Shown: positions 11,085 through 23,365 of the stretch, piece by piece | Layout of the letters: each line of letters starts with the position of its first letter | Position numbering within the stretch: the stretch's first letter is position 1 | Assembly: GCF_006345805.1 (NCBI RefSeq) | Contig: NC_043002.1 | Coordinates: 80,538,001-80,602,000, forward strand | Reading direction: 5' to 3' | Origin: Octopus sinensis | Lineage: Eukaryota | DNA: 64,000 nucleotides | The notes under the pieces: generated by a model | What the model was told of the DNA's origin: nothing | The model's database searches: none | The model's input: only the letters and a program-made list of their open reading frames with translations | Program-made: the position numbers and the translations under genes

Positions 11085-11430
11085 ATATATGAATAAATAA
11101 ATGGAGTTTAACGCAGGTGTAAATCAAATATTTTTTACTTTCGACACTGATACTATTCAAAAGAATAAATGGTATAAACAATGCAATCTTCTCTTCGGTA
11201 AAGTGAAAAAAAAACGAAACTCGTCAATAAGACATTTTAGCCAAAAATGTTTAAAAAAACGTTATATGATATAACATCATAAGTAGCTAACAGAAAGAGT
11301 AGGGATACCAATAGTGAATGTTAAATATACAGGAATTAAAGTTTAAATTATATATTCTTTTGAATAGTATCAGTGGAATTTTCGAACATGTGTCGAAAGT
11401 AAAAATATTTGATTTACACCTGCGTTAATT
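11085..11430. repeat. Inverted repeat element; arm also copied at 10793-10825
   Basis: TTAACGCAGGTGTAAATCAAATATTTTT-ACTTTCGACAC..CTGATACTATTCAAAAGAATA and its reverse complement at 11353-11428. Confidence 0.8.
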
Positions 11431-11462
11431 TATTCATATATATTATATATATATATATATAT

Positions 11463-11497
<35 letters not shown>

Positions 11498-11539
11498 GCA
11501 TGCATGTATGTATCTATCTCTCTATATTTATATCTATGT

Positions 11540-11700
11540 CTATTCGCTATCCACTACATATTCTTTATTTCGTCTCTTTTCTGTGGAAGAGCCTAGGCTC
11601 GTAACGTTACGAACATTTTCATTTCTAGGGCGTTAACGCAATACATCTGTTTGTTGTCTGCAACCACCTGTCTTCGTCTTTTTTATGTGAATTCTCCCTA
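11540..11700 (+). mobile_element. Non-autonomous repeat family E (copy 3)
   Basis: TTTCTGTGGAAGAGCCTAGGCTCGTAACGTTA...CCACCTGTCTTCGTCTTTT...TTCTCCC(TA)n. Confidence 0.75.
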
Positions 11701-11790
11701 TATATATATATATATATGTATAGTGTTCCAGCATGGCCGCAGTCAAATGACTGAAATATGTAAACGAATAAAGAATATATATATATATAT

Positions 11791-11821
<31 letters not shown>

Positions 11822-12224
11822 AATATTCTACACACACACACACACATATATACATACTCATACACACAAACGCACACACGTATATATGAATATGTGTGCG
11901 TGTATGTGTGTGTATAAAACAAAAGTCATTTCTCAAGCAGAGAAGACACTAGTAATGCTATTGTTGTGCTATTATACTGTGATTTTTATCAGTGTGTTTC
12001 ATTTTCGTTTGAAAACAGTTGCTTAGACCATTTGTAGGAGATTTGTAGGATGACTTTAGTCGCGAGGAGAAACAGACAAACAAATGTTAACAACAAAGGT
12101 TCTGCCTACATTTTGTCGAGTCTTGTATATCTGCCTGCAGATGGTGCATCCTCTCTTTATTCGATAATTGCATATCTGTATTGACTTTATGTTTATTATC
12201 GCTTTTACTTTTTACTATAATGAT

Positions 12225-12522
12225 ATTGGTGTTATTATTATTATCATTATTATTATTACATCAGCTATTACTACTATTTCTTATTCTTATTCTTACACTT
12301 CTTATTCTTCACCTACTACTACTACGACTACTAATACTACAACAATAATATCACCAACAGCTGCTACTACTACTACTACAACTACTGTTATTATTTTCAA
12401 AGTCACCATCATCGTCATCATCATTATCAGCGGCAGCATCACTATTATTATTATCATTATTATTCTTCTATTATCTTTATCCTTTTCACTATTTTTACTA
12501 TTATTATTATTAATTATCATCA

Positions 12523-12592
<70 letters not shown>

Positions 12593-12603
12593 CATTATTA
12601 TTA

Positions 12604-12638
<35 letters not shown>

Positions 12639-12742
12639 CATTATTATTATTATTATTATTGCTGTTGCTGTTGTTGTTGTTATTATTATTATTATTTATT
12701 TGTTCCTTATTAATGTTGTTGTTATAATCATTATTATTATTA

Positions 12743-12782
<40 letters not shown>

Positions 12783-12935
12783 TATTTGTTCCTTTTGCTT
12801 GCTTTTGTTCTTATTATCATCACTGTTGTTTTCATTATTATTATTAATAATATTATTATTATTATTATTTGCATTTATATACTGTTTAGTTATTGCTTGT
12901 TGTCGTCTACGCTGTTGTTGCTGTTGCTGTTGTAA
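12225..12935. repeat. (ATT)n/(ACT)n/(GTT)n low-complexity tract
   Basis: Direct trinucleotide repeats. Confidence 0.95.
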
Positions 12936-13230
12936 TCATTTGTCATTGGTGAACGTTGTGGTTGTCATGTGGTCTTTTGTTGAAAGAATTCCAGTGTCTT
13001 GGGGGTAAACGTCTAATTAGCCAGTTTCTGAAAAAAGACATTATACCGATGCATACGTTCATATGAATACATATATGCACACATATACACACACATATAC
13101 ACACACACGCGCGCACGCATAAACACACACAAGTATACACATATTTACACCTACACTCACAGATGCTGACACGCGTGTAAATTGATGATGTCGCAGCAAT
13201 GGTGTCAATATTATTATTATTATTATTATT

Positions 13231-13283
<53 letters not shown>

Positions 13284-13574
13284 TATTAAAGACGGGGGAA
13301 GAGGAGAGCGTGGATGCTGAGGAGGAGAAGTAGATAAACAGAAATCGACAAACCGAGAAGTGTATATGTAAACATGTAATCAACCAAATGAAGATGTGAA
13401 CAATCACACAAGTAGAGACATGCCTACTACAGTTGGTAAAAAAAAACAATGAAGAAAAAAAACAACGAAACTCAAACCAAAAAATCCAACCCTCAGCAAC
13501 AACAATAAGCACCACTGAACACTGGGATCGATGTAATCTCCGTTTGAAACTTCTGCTCTTGTGCCACAGAGAGA

Positions 13575-13667
<93 letters not shown>

Positions 13668-13699
13668 CATCATCATCATCATTATTGTTATTATTTATT

Positions 13700-14086
13700 G
13701 TCTTTTCACAGCTTCTGACGCTGGAGACCAACTACGGTGCCGGTTGTTCACCACCAGTGAATTAAGGTAACACCCCCTTATTTTTCGAGCACTATCTAGA
13801 ATATTCAAGCGGTTCCAAGCAGTGCTGTTTTCTGTAAGTGCTCCACCCTTATTGCAACCCATATTTGTTCCATGTACTTCTCAAGTTTTTTACTCACTGT
13901 TCCCAGGGCTCCGACAATTATTGGTACTACTACCACCTTTTTCATCGACCACAACTGCTTGACCTCCTAAGGTAACTGTCATATCTATCGACTTTTCTTT
14001 CTTCCTTATCGCATACCTTGTTATCAGCTGGGCATACTATATCTATGATCCAGCATCGTTTGTTTTCTTTCTCAATACTTTGTCTG

Positions 14087-14087
<1 letters not shown>
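13700..14087 (-). mobile_element. 5'-truncated R4/Dong-like non-LTR retrotransposon 3' end (restriction-like endonuclease domain plus 3' UTR)
   Basis: KENKRCWIIDIVCPADNKVCDKEERKVDRYD...VVVVPIIVGALGTVSKKLEKY...HLQKTALLGTA; flanked on both sides by (AAT)n. Confidence 0.85.
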
Positions 14088-14151
<64 letters not shown>

Positions 14152-14286
14152 TGTTGTTGTTGTTGTTGTTGCTGCTGTTCTTATTTTTCCTTTCTTCAAA
14201 TTTTCTTTCTCGCCGAGTGTTTTCCGTTCACCTAGTGCAGAGAAGCTCATTGTATGCACTCCCGGATTACACACGCAAATCCACAG

Positions 14287-14336
<50 letters not shown>

Positions 14337-14552
14337 GCGAACTTTCAACATCATTAGCAAGCCATGCAAAATGCTTAGCAGCATTTCTTCCGTCTTTGCG
14401 TTCTGAGTTTAAATTCCGCCGAGGTCGACTTTGTCTTTCATCCTTTCGGAATCGATACAATAAGTACCAGTTGAGCACTGGGGTCAATGTTATCGATTAT
14501 CCCTTTCCCCTAAAAATATGCCAGGCTTTCTGCCTGTAGTAGACCGGATTGT
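14337..14552 (+). mobile_element. SINE family A
   Basis: TTCTGAGTTTAAATTCCGCCGAGGTCGACTTTGTCTTTCATCCTTTCGG...TAAGTACCAG. Confidence 0.85.
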
Positions 14553-15194
14553 TATTATTACCATTATTATTTCAGTCTTCTTGGATGTGTATACGGAAAT
14601 TCATTTCTCGATTACTGAAACAATTCAAAAACGTAATTAGCATGCAAATATATAGGTAATACTTTTAAAGTCAGTGAAAAATATAGTTATTGAGATTTGA
14701 CTGTTTAACAGAAAGAATAATAAAACGACAAAAACACGCCACCTATTCGATTATCCTACAAAGAACGCATTCTGTATTCATCTGTTCAGGTGGTATTTTC
14801 ATTTCTTTAGTATCATCAGTGTAAACACATTACATCAAGTAAACTAGCTTCTGCTTGTGATGTTTTAGAATTCATAGGAATCAGAATGTTATTTTTAATA
14901 TGTAACCCTGTTGCAAGGTTTGACAAATATATTCTGAGAGGAATAAATTATATTAAGCATGCAGTATGTGGAAATTCCTACATAAATATATTGCAAACTT
15001 AAGCACTTCAAATTTTCTACTCTGAATTGTAAATGGTTTTAATAAATTTTTCTGTGTCCACTAATAAATATAAGGATGTGTTATAAAGGGGCAAGCGATT
15101 TTATGAAGGCTTCTTGCAAGTAACAACGAAACAAAACAATGTCACATCACTTTACAAGCTAAATACTGCTGTAATTTATAGGAATTTGAGATTA

Positions 15195-15400
15195 CTCTTT
15201 TATTCTTTTCTTTTATTTGTTTCAGTTATCTGACTGCAGTTATGCTGGAGCACCGCCCTTGGTCGAAGAAACCGACTTATTCTTTGTAAGCCTAGTACTT
15301 CTTTTATCGGTCTCTTTTGCCGAGCCGAAAAGTTACGGGGCGTAAACACACCAACATCGGTTGTCAAGTGATGTTGGGGGACAAACACAGACACACAAAC
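15195..15400 (-). mobile_element. SINE family B, 3' half
   Basis: GTTTCAGT..TGACTGC....ATGCTGGAGCACCGCCTT...TCTTTGTAAGCCTAGTACTT...GTAAACACACCAACATCGGTTGTCAAG. Confidence 0.85.
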
Positions 15401-15589
15401 ATATGGGAATGCATACAATATATATATATATATTGAAGTTATGAGGGGTAAGGTGTCAAGAAGACCCATAGGTGTCAGGTAGTTACTGAGTAAGTGCTAT
15501 GGACAGACTATAGTTAAGCTCCACGTTCGGTAATTATGTAAATGAGGAGTCCAACTTAGGTCATATATCAGCATGCGTATATATATATA

Positions 15590-15990
15590 TATAAAAAAAT
15601 CAGAATGAGATAAAAATTCAAGGCTGTGAAACATTTTAGAACATTTATAAAGAGAAGGTCTTACAGCTGTTTCCAGGTATTTTATATATGCCTTCATCGG
15701 AGACGGTGTGAGAAAAAGGTTAAGCAATAGTTATTCTAGATAAGATATGAAATAGAGAGTGAAGTGGAGGAATGAAAATAGGCGAGAGATATGCAGAGAT
15801 ATTGTATCTGCAGTTCAATTATTTAGGCAGAAAGATATACCTATAAGATTCATGTACCTTGTGTGTAAGTTCCCATAGTATTTAAAAATGGTCATTGCAA
15901 GCTTAGAGTTTGTAAACGGTGTTATTGAATCGAGGTTTTTTTTTTAGAAGTGACTTAAAAGCTGGGAATGTGTTTGCAAGGTCAAATCAA
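15590..15990 (-). mobile_element. Penelope-like element 3' remnant with hammerhead motif
   Basis: HHR at 15658-15704; faint GIY-YIG C-terminal-like residues upstream; 3' end abuts (TA)n. Confidence 0.5.
15658..15704 (-). ncRNA. Type I hammerhead motif (U4C core change)
   Basis: GTCT-CCGATGA-AGG catatataaaata CCT g-GAAA-CAGCTG-TA-AGAC; palindromic helix III ACAGCTGT. Confidence 0.65.
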
Positions 15991-16311
15991 AAACAGGAAG
16001 AGAGGAGAAACGAACAAAAAAGAAAAGCGTGGAGAGAGATAATAAAGAAACGAAGAGAGGGAAAGTGTACTGGTTAGTAGTCAGTCGGGATAAATTGAGA
16101 GAAGGAATGCAGAAGTGAGGGTGATAGAGAGAGAGAGAGAGAGAAAGAGATGATCGTGTAAAGAGTTACTCATTACCCTCCCATCTCTTTGCACTTATCT
16201 CATACACTCATTTGAATGGTCGACATATACTCAATCGTGGATTTCAAATGTTCAAAATTTTCAAATACGCGCAGAGCTACATCGCACGATTGATTTATAC
16301 GATGCATTCTA

Positions 16312-16409
16312 AAGGCCCACGAGTATATGGCGTAGTGGTTAAGAGCGCGGGCTACTAACACCAAGATTCCGAGTTCGATTCCAGGCAGTGACCTGAATAA
16401 TAATGGTGA

Positions 16410-16450
<41 letters not shown>

Positions 16451-16501
16451 ATAATAATGATAATAATGATAACATAGAAAAATACCTTAGGAATGAGAAC
16501 C
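16312..16501 (+). mobile_element. tRNA-derived SINE family D head
   Basis: A-box TGGCGTAGTGG, B-box GAGTTCGATTCC, no acceptor stem, followed by (AAT)/(ATT)n and a short body. Confidence 0.7.
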
Positions 16502-16643
16502 ACGCTGTCTCACTTGCCCTTACCTCTCCAACACCACTATATAATATATATATATATATATATACATATATATATACACACACATATATATGCAGATATA
16601 GATATATATGTATATATACACACATATATATATGCAGATATTG

Positions 16644-16701
<58 letters not shown>

Positions 16702-17554
16702 CGCATGTATATGTGTGTGTGTGTTTGTATGCATGTATGTATGCATAAGGATGGTGGAAAAGAAACGAGAAACAAACAGCGACGTAATAGCATCAACCAG
16801 CATCATTAAGATCACCAAAATAAAATGCAACGTGAATAACAACAATAATGAGAAAGATATGAACAACAACACGTAAAAAAAATGCAGGAAACACAATAAA
16901 CGTAAATAGATTGTAAACGAGAACTCGAAAAGCAATCAACAACATCTGCAACAGCAGTAACAATCACTGCAGCAAGAACAACAGCAGCAACTTTGAAATG
17001 CTACACTAATAAGAATTTGGTTGTTTTTGTTGTATTTTGCTATAGATTTTGTTGTTGTTTTTAATTACAACTCGATGGATGATGATTCTAACTACTACAG
17101 CAATAACTCCAATAATAACGGTGATAATCTTACAAGGAGAACAAATAAAACAATAAAATTAAAAACAAGCAATAAATGAAATTTTAAAAAGTAGACACCA
17201 TATTAGTTATTGGATTTTAATAGGTCATTATAAAGAGTAATTATAACTATCACATCGCTAACATAGATTCAGAAAAAAAAAAGAAAAACTGTTTCCTAGC
17301 AACGTATTGTTTACTATGACAACCAGATTCAAATAAATAAATAAATGACTGTCACAAAGAATACAAAAATATACGCAAAATATAAATGACCACTTCAAAA
17401 TCCTGTACTTCTGTTTCCGTTATGATGTTGAGATGAATTAATGAGAGAAAGGAAGCTATGTAACGGAAGTTGTGTTGGACTGGTGTATAGTCTACTAATA
17501 AATTAAAAGAGCGCAGAATAAGAGAGAGAGAGAAATAGAGAGAGAGAGAGAGAG

Positions 17555-17820
17555 ACAAACAGGCAGTGACAGACAGGTAGAGAGTCAGACAGATAGTGAA
17601 AGAGAGAAAGAAAGTTAGCAAGAGAAAAGGGAGAGTGAGAGATTGAAAACTGAAACGAAAATATTTGGTTAAAGAAAATTAATTTTATTCACTATGCAGA
17701 GTTGTACACACATAAACACACACACACACACACACACACATGACTATTCTGAGGCACAGAAGTATTTTTGACTTCTATTTTTAGCGATGTAGGTGCTCAT
17801 GTAGTGCCTTCGTGAGTGTG

Positions 17821-17889
<69 letters not shown>

Positions 17890-19414
17890 TATATATAAGT
17901 ACTTATATTATATTGTATGTATATACTTTATTAATTTGCCTGCACGGCTGATAACTCGCTTGCCACTCGTGATGTTATAATATATATACCATCCCTTCTT
18001 AAATATTTATATACCTGCATACATATCTATATGTCTACAGGGATTCTGAGACTGTAACCTTATTAAGTATAACCTGGTTGGTCCTTTATGTTGAAGATCA
18101 GAAATGTGGTCCTGACTGCTAGCGGTAATGTCTTCTGTGTCAAAAAGCAATATAATTTTTCCTGAAGATTAGAAATTGTCAGAAAAGTCGCGTCAGTCAA
18201 GCAACTGTAGAACAATATTAGCGAGAATCCCGACAAGTCAATGAGGAGTATTGCCAATCATCTCACGAGACCCAGGTGAACCGTGTGATCCAGTCGAAGT
18301 GCTTGCAGAACAAAATCTCTCTCTCTCTCTCCCTCTTACACACACACACACATGTATGCATACACGAACGGATGATGAAAATTTCCTGGCTTTGAGTACA
18401 GGAGCATCAGTTAATTATGATGCATGTTTTCATCGGAGATTCACGCAGTTATTACAGTGGTTCTACAGGTTTTCTAAGCCAGAAGCCTGGGCCTCTAGCC
18501 AGGCCTTTCTTGATATTCTTAAAGCTATGAAAGTTTCAGGAAACCCTTCGTATATAGATGTGTATCCCCTGCGTTACAGAGGACGAGTGTTCCTGAAAAC
18601 ACGGTGCAGCACAAAATTATATAAAGCGAAATATATAAAATGATAATGCTTTCCGATAAATTTGCTTTAAAACAACATCAAAAGCAACATCAGTTTTAAG
18701 CAGGAAAATAAACAAGTTATAAACATATGCAGTGCAATATATCTACATAAAAAAAAAAACATTTGAAGTGGAATACGTTAGAGAATATATAAATATTTTA
18801 ATAAGGTACAATGGTACGTTTTAACGCTAAAAGGTGAGACTTGTGGTAGGTTGGTGAACATGGAATTAAAGTTAGTGGGAAGATAAGTGACATCATCAAC
18901 ACCAACGGTAGGGTGAATAACTTATACCAAAATGTTTGATATTAATGGCGCGTCATCTTTTTGCAGAACTCATAGTAATAATTAAGCATATTAAATTCCT
19001 CTTCAAATTTTTATGTTAGCTTCAGGTTTAAGGTAGTTATAAACAAATCTTGTAGGCCTTCATACCTTAATACCGTTTGCAATCTATTTAAGAGGAGTCT
19101 ATTTAAGAGGAGTTTTATGCAAGAGAGAGAGAGAGAGAGGAGAGAGAGAGACAAACAGGCAGTGACAGACAGGTAGAGAGTCAGACAGATAGTGAAAGAG
19201 AGAAAGAAAGTTAGCAAGAGAAAAGGGAGAGTGAGAGATTGAAAACTGAAACGAAAATATTTGGTTAAAGAAAATTAATTTTATTCACTATGCAGAGTTG
19301 TACACACATAAACACACACACACACACACACACATGACTATTCTGAGGCACAGAAGTATTTTTGACTTCTATTTTTAGCGATGTAGGTGCTCATGTAGTG
19401 CCTTCGTGAGTGTG

Positions 19415-19487
<73 letters not shown>

Positions 19488-20718
19488 ATAAGTACTTATA
19501 TTATATTGTATGTATATACTTTATTGATTGCCTGCACGGCTGATAACTCGCTTGCCACTCGTGATGTTATAATATATATACCATCCCTTCTTAAATATTT
19601 ATATACCTGCATACATATCTATATGTCTACAGGGATTCTGAGACTGTAACCTTATTAAGTATAACCTGGTTGGTCCTTTATGTTGAAGATCAGAAATGTG
19701 GTCCTGACTGCTAGCGGTAATGTCTTCTGTGTCAAAAAGCAATATAATTTTTCCTGAAGATTAGAAATTGTCAGAAAAGTCGCGTCAGTCAAGCAACTGT
19801 AGAACAATATTAGCGAGAATCCCGACAAGTCAATGAGGAGTATTGCCAATCATCTCACGAGACCCAGGTGAACCGTGTGATCCAGTCGAAGTGCTTGCAG
19901 AACAAAATCTCTCTCTCTCTCCCTCTTACACACACACACACATACACACACATGTATGCATACACGAACGGATGATGAAAATTTCCTGGCTTTGAGTACA
20001 GGAGCATCAGTTAATTATGATGCATGTTTTCATCGGAGATTCACGCAGTTATTACAGTGGTTCTACAGGTTTTCTAAGCCAGAAGCCTGGGCCTCTAGCC
20101 AGGCCTTTCTTGATATTCTTAAAGCTATGAAAGTTTCAGGAACCCTTCGTATATAGATGTGTATCCCCTGCGTTACAGAGGACGAGTGTTCCTGAAAACA
20201 CGGTGCAGCACAAAATTATATAAAGCGAAATATATAAAATGATAATGCTTTCCGATAAATTTGCTTTAAAACAACATCAAAAGCAACATCAGTTTTAAGC
20301 AGGAAAATAAACAAGTTATAAACATATGCAGTGCAATATATCTACATAAAAAAAAAAACATTTGAAGTGGAATACGTTAGAGAATATATAAATATTTTAA
20401 TAAGGTACAATGGTACGTTTTAACGCTAAAAGGTGAGACTTGTGGTAGGTTGGTGAACATGGAATTAAAGTTAGTGGGAAGATAAGTGACATCATCAACA
20501 CCAACGGTAGGGTGAATAACTTATACCAAAATGTTTGATATTAATGGCGCGTCATCTTTTTGCAGAACTCATAGTAATAATTAAGCATATTAAATTCCTC
20601 TTCAAATTTTTATGTTAGCTTCAGGTTTAAGGTAGTTATAAACAAATCTTGTAGGCCTTCATACCTTAATACCGTTTGCAATCTATTTAAGAGGAGTCTA
20701 TTTAAGAGGAGTTTTATG

Positions 20719-20720
<2 letters not shown>
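17555..20720. repeat. Near-identical ~1.6 kb tandem duplication (17555-19121 / 19151-20720)
   Basis: Units match except for microsatellite lengths and a few single-base differences; (GA)n at all three junctions. Confidence 0.95.
18100..18275 (+). pseudogene. maT/mariner transposase N-terminal fragment (duplicated at ~19695-19870)
   Basis: NNISENPDKSMRSIANHL resembles GMIDNDSSMSIRSIARDM of the 44.3 kb element. Confidence 0.45.
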
Positions 20721-20760
<40 letters not shown>

Positions 20761-22070
20761 ATACTTGCATTGTTTTAAAAAGCATCAGCTCTTTGTTAGA
20801 TAATTATTCACAATGAGTGGCACTAGCAACTGTACCAGCTCATCACTTATTACATCTGCAAAACTTACATCATTTGCAAAGGCTACAATATCTTTTCGAG
20901 ATTGATGTAGATTTCCAGCATATTGAAAACTTGCAAAGTTACTGAAAGTATTTGGCCTTATATTTTTCAGGGCACCATTCAAATTTGAGTGTTTCAGTTC
21001 ATCTCTTAACAGAGCTACAGCACCATTATGTTAACCATCTTCCAGAAGTCAGTTTCCGTAGTGTTCATCTCCTCTATCAATTATTTCCATACGCTGTTTG
21101 AAAGTTTTTCTCAGATATGCGTAGGACTTTACCGGCATAACCTGATCAAATGACTGCAGCAAATGATTTGCATTGTTGGTGATATATTCAACTATCACAT
21201 TATTAGAAACTTCTTCAAGTTCACAAGATAACTCGGTGCATTTTCGTAGAGGCACAATGTTGTGTGGCAAATATTATCGGACTCTCTTCCTTTCTAGAAC
21301 AGGGCTAAACAAAATTGTTTTTAAACCATTCTTCAAAACTTTTCTAATTCATCCATGCTTTCTTATGCGAAAACTAAATCGGAGGTAAACTAAACTTTTT
21401 GAAAACCTTGAAAACCGTTAGATGCACGAGAAGGGTCATTAACTCCTAGTGTTGAATTTTCTGCTTAAGAAATGTCTTAGAGGACTTGAATTCCAGAAAT
21501 AAGTAGTTTCATCAACGTTGAATACTTGCTCTTTCGTATCCCTCTTTAAAAAATCCTTCATTTAACTAGTTGGGATAATTAATAGCCACTTAATGTTGTA
21601 CAAATCAAGCGCTTCTTAGTCCTTTCCAAATAGCTTTTAACACCTAAAAGGAAGAAAAAAAAAACCGCTTTCTTTATTAGAAGTTTTACAATCTTTTTCT
21701 GTAAAGCATCATACAATTTTTTGACTTATAAACATATTACGTCGATTTGATCCTCGCTCCATCCAACCAAGATCCGTCCCATTTTAAGCAACACTTTGGG
21801 TCTATGAAGAAATAATGTTCGAGCATTTAATCGAGTAACTTCTTGAGTACTTGACATATACGTTCTCTTTATTGCCACGTATTGATCTCTCCATAATCGT
21901 TGCAAGCTTTAATCTTTTGGCAATGTTAATGATATTTACTTCAGCGAGAAGCCTTTCTAACATATTAGGTTTAATATCAATTTTAATCATTTCACGGTTC
22001 TTTTACGCGCAACTAGCTTCAGTACGACTTGATTGTTTATTTCCAGACGTGTTCAATTGTAGATAAATCC
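20160..22070 (-). mobile_element. Decayed Tigger/pogo (CENP-B-like DDE_1) transposon; 3' part duplicated at ~18560-19121
   Basis: psq-type HTH (MIKIDIKPNMLERL...NIAKRLKL), KEQVFNVDETTYFW, NVIVEYITNNANHLLQSFDQ...AYLRKTF; Tigger-like terminal sequence TATCCCCTGCGTTACAGAGG..GTGTTCCTGAAAA near 20160. Confidence 0.85.
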
Positions 22071-22914
22071 AGCAGCAGCAGCAGCAAGCAGCTAAGGTAC
22101 AAAACAAATATATGACATAAAAATAGAACCAGGAAAGAACTCCTTTGCGAAATCGAAAGCGTTGTATTATTTCTATGCATGTAGCATAAAAAATGTATTT
22201 ATATATGTTTGCGTGTGTATGTATATGTTTGTAAGCTTGTATGTGTGTGAGTGTATGTAAATATGTGTAAATGATCTTTTTCATAATCAAAGGAACTTGC
22301 GTCTTATTCATTTAAATTGCACGCGAGAAACAGAATGAACGGTTTAGTTATTCGCGATCCTTTTTACCTGTATCACTGGGAGATTATTCTAATTATACTA
22401 ATAATTATAAATGATAAAACAAATACCACTTATTTGCCATTAGGATGGCTCATGCCTACATTAAGTGTTGAAAAATAAATTTCAGATAATGTAGAGCATT
22501 ACAAATATGTTGTTATATAAAAACGCCTGAAATATTACGTTTACTATGCGACCATCTGTCCGGAGCAATTGGTTAGTTTTCCTATTTCGCAACCAAGGAA
22601 TGGAGGAAGTTTTCTGTTTATACTATAAGTCTCCAATGTGATTGCAGCACTTTCCAGTTACAGGTGTAGGCATCTCCTTTTTCAGGTCGTGCATGCTGTC
22701 AGCTTGGAATTATTGCTTGCTCTCTTTCCTGACCACCCTAAGCATTTTGCCCACCTCGTCCAGTCTTTATTTTATCTCCAGCGTCATAAGTTGAACAAGA
22801 ATATTTCACTATTGGGAATAGGACCCCATCCTCTTTGCTTTTCATCCTTACGAAGCCAAAAAACAAAAAACAAAGATGTACCAGTCATGTACTGGAGTCG
22901 ATGGTATACACTAA

Positions 22915-23120
22915 TTTGAAGGGGGTGAGCTGGCAGAAACGTTAGCACGCCGTTACGTTCTGATTTCAAATTCCGCCGAGGTCGACTTTGCCTTTCATCC
23001 TTTCGGGGTCGATGAATTAAGTACCAGTTACGCACTGGGATCCATGTAATCAACTTAATCCGTTTGTCTGTCCTTGTTTGTCCCCTCTGTGTTTAGCCCC
23101 TTGTGGGTAGTAAAGAAATA
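22915..23120 (+). mobile_element. SINE family A (tail variant 2) with 12-bp target-site duplication
   Basis: GGTATACACTAA at 22903-22914 and 23121-23132; head GGTGAGCTGGCAGAAACGTTAGCACGCC. Confidence 0.9.
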
Positions 23121-23214
23121 GGTATACACTAAGTTCCTTAAAATACCTGTCAGAAATTATTATCATGTAGACAGCTTTCATTTGAGCTACGGAGAGAGGT
23201 ACTTCTCTATATAG

Positions 23215-23365
23215 TCGTTCCACCTGCAAGAAATAACAAGTATTCTCTCCCTCAATTCACACCCTACTGTATTAAATGAATGAAAAAATATTCAAATAAT
23301 GTGGTCCTAAAATTACTGCCCGAATACATAGAACGGACGATCACGGCTGGAAAATATTTCAAGAC
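23215..23365 (+). repeat. Old interspersed repeat, related copy at 34205-34345
   Basis: CTGC-AGAAA...TCAATTCACA...TACTGT...ATAAT-TGGTC...TCACGG blocks in both. Confidence 0.5.

Noticed and set aside
16312-16395. tRNA gene candidate
   Set aside because: A and B boxes present but no paired acceptor stem; continues into a repeat body, so called a SINE head
17745-17820. Possible hammerhead on - strand (CTCACGA-AGGCAC...GTGCCT-CAGAAT)
   Set aside because: Both core segments deviate and the homologue at 3400-3470 does not restore them
18251-18643. 130-aa ORF, partly duplicated at 19956-20156
   Set aside because: Crosses (CT)/(CA) repeats and a transposon end; frame differs between the two copies; no recognisable domain
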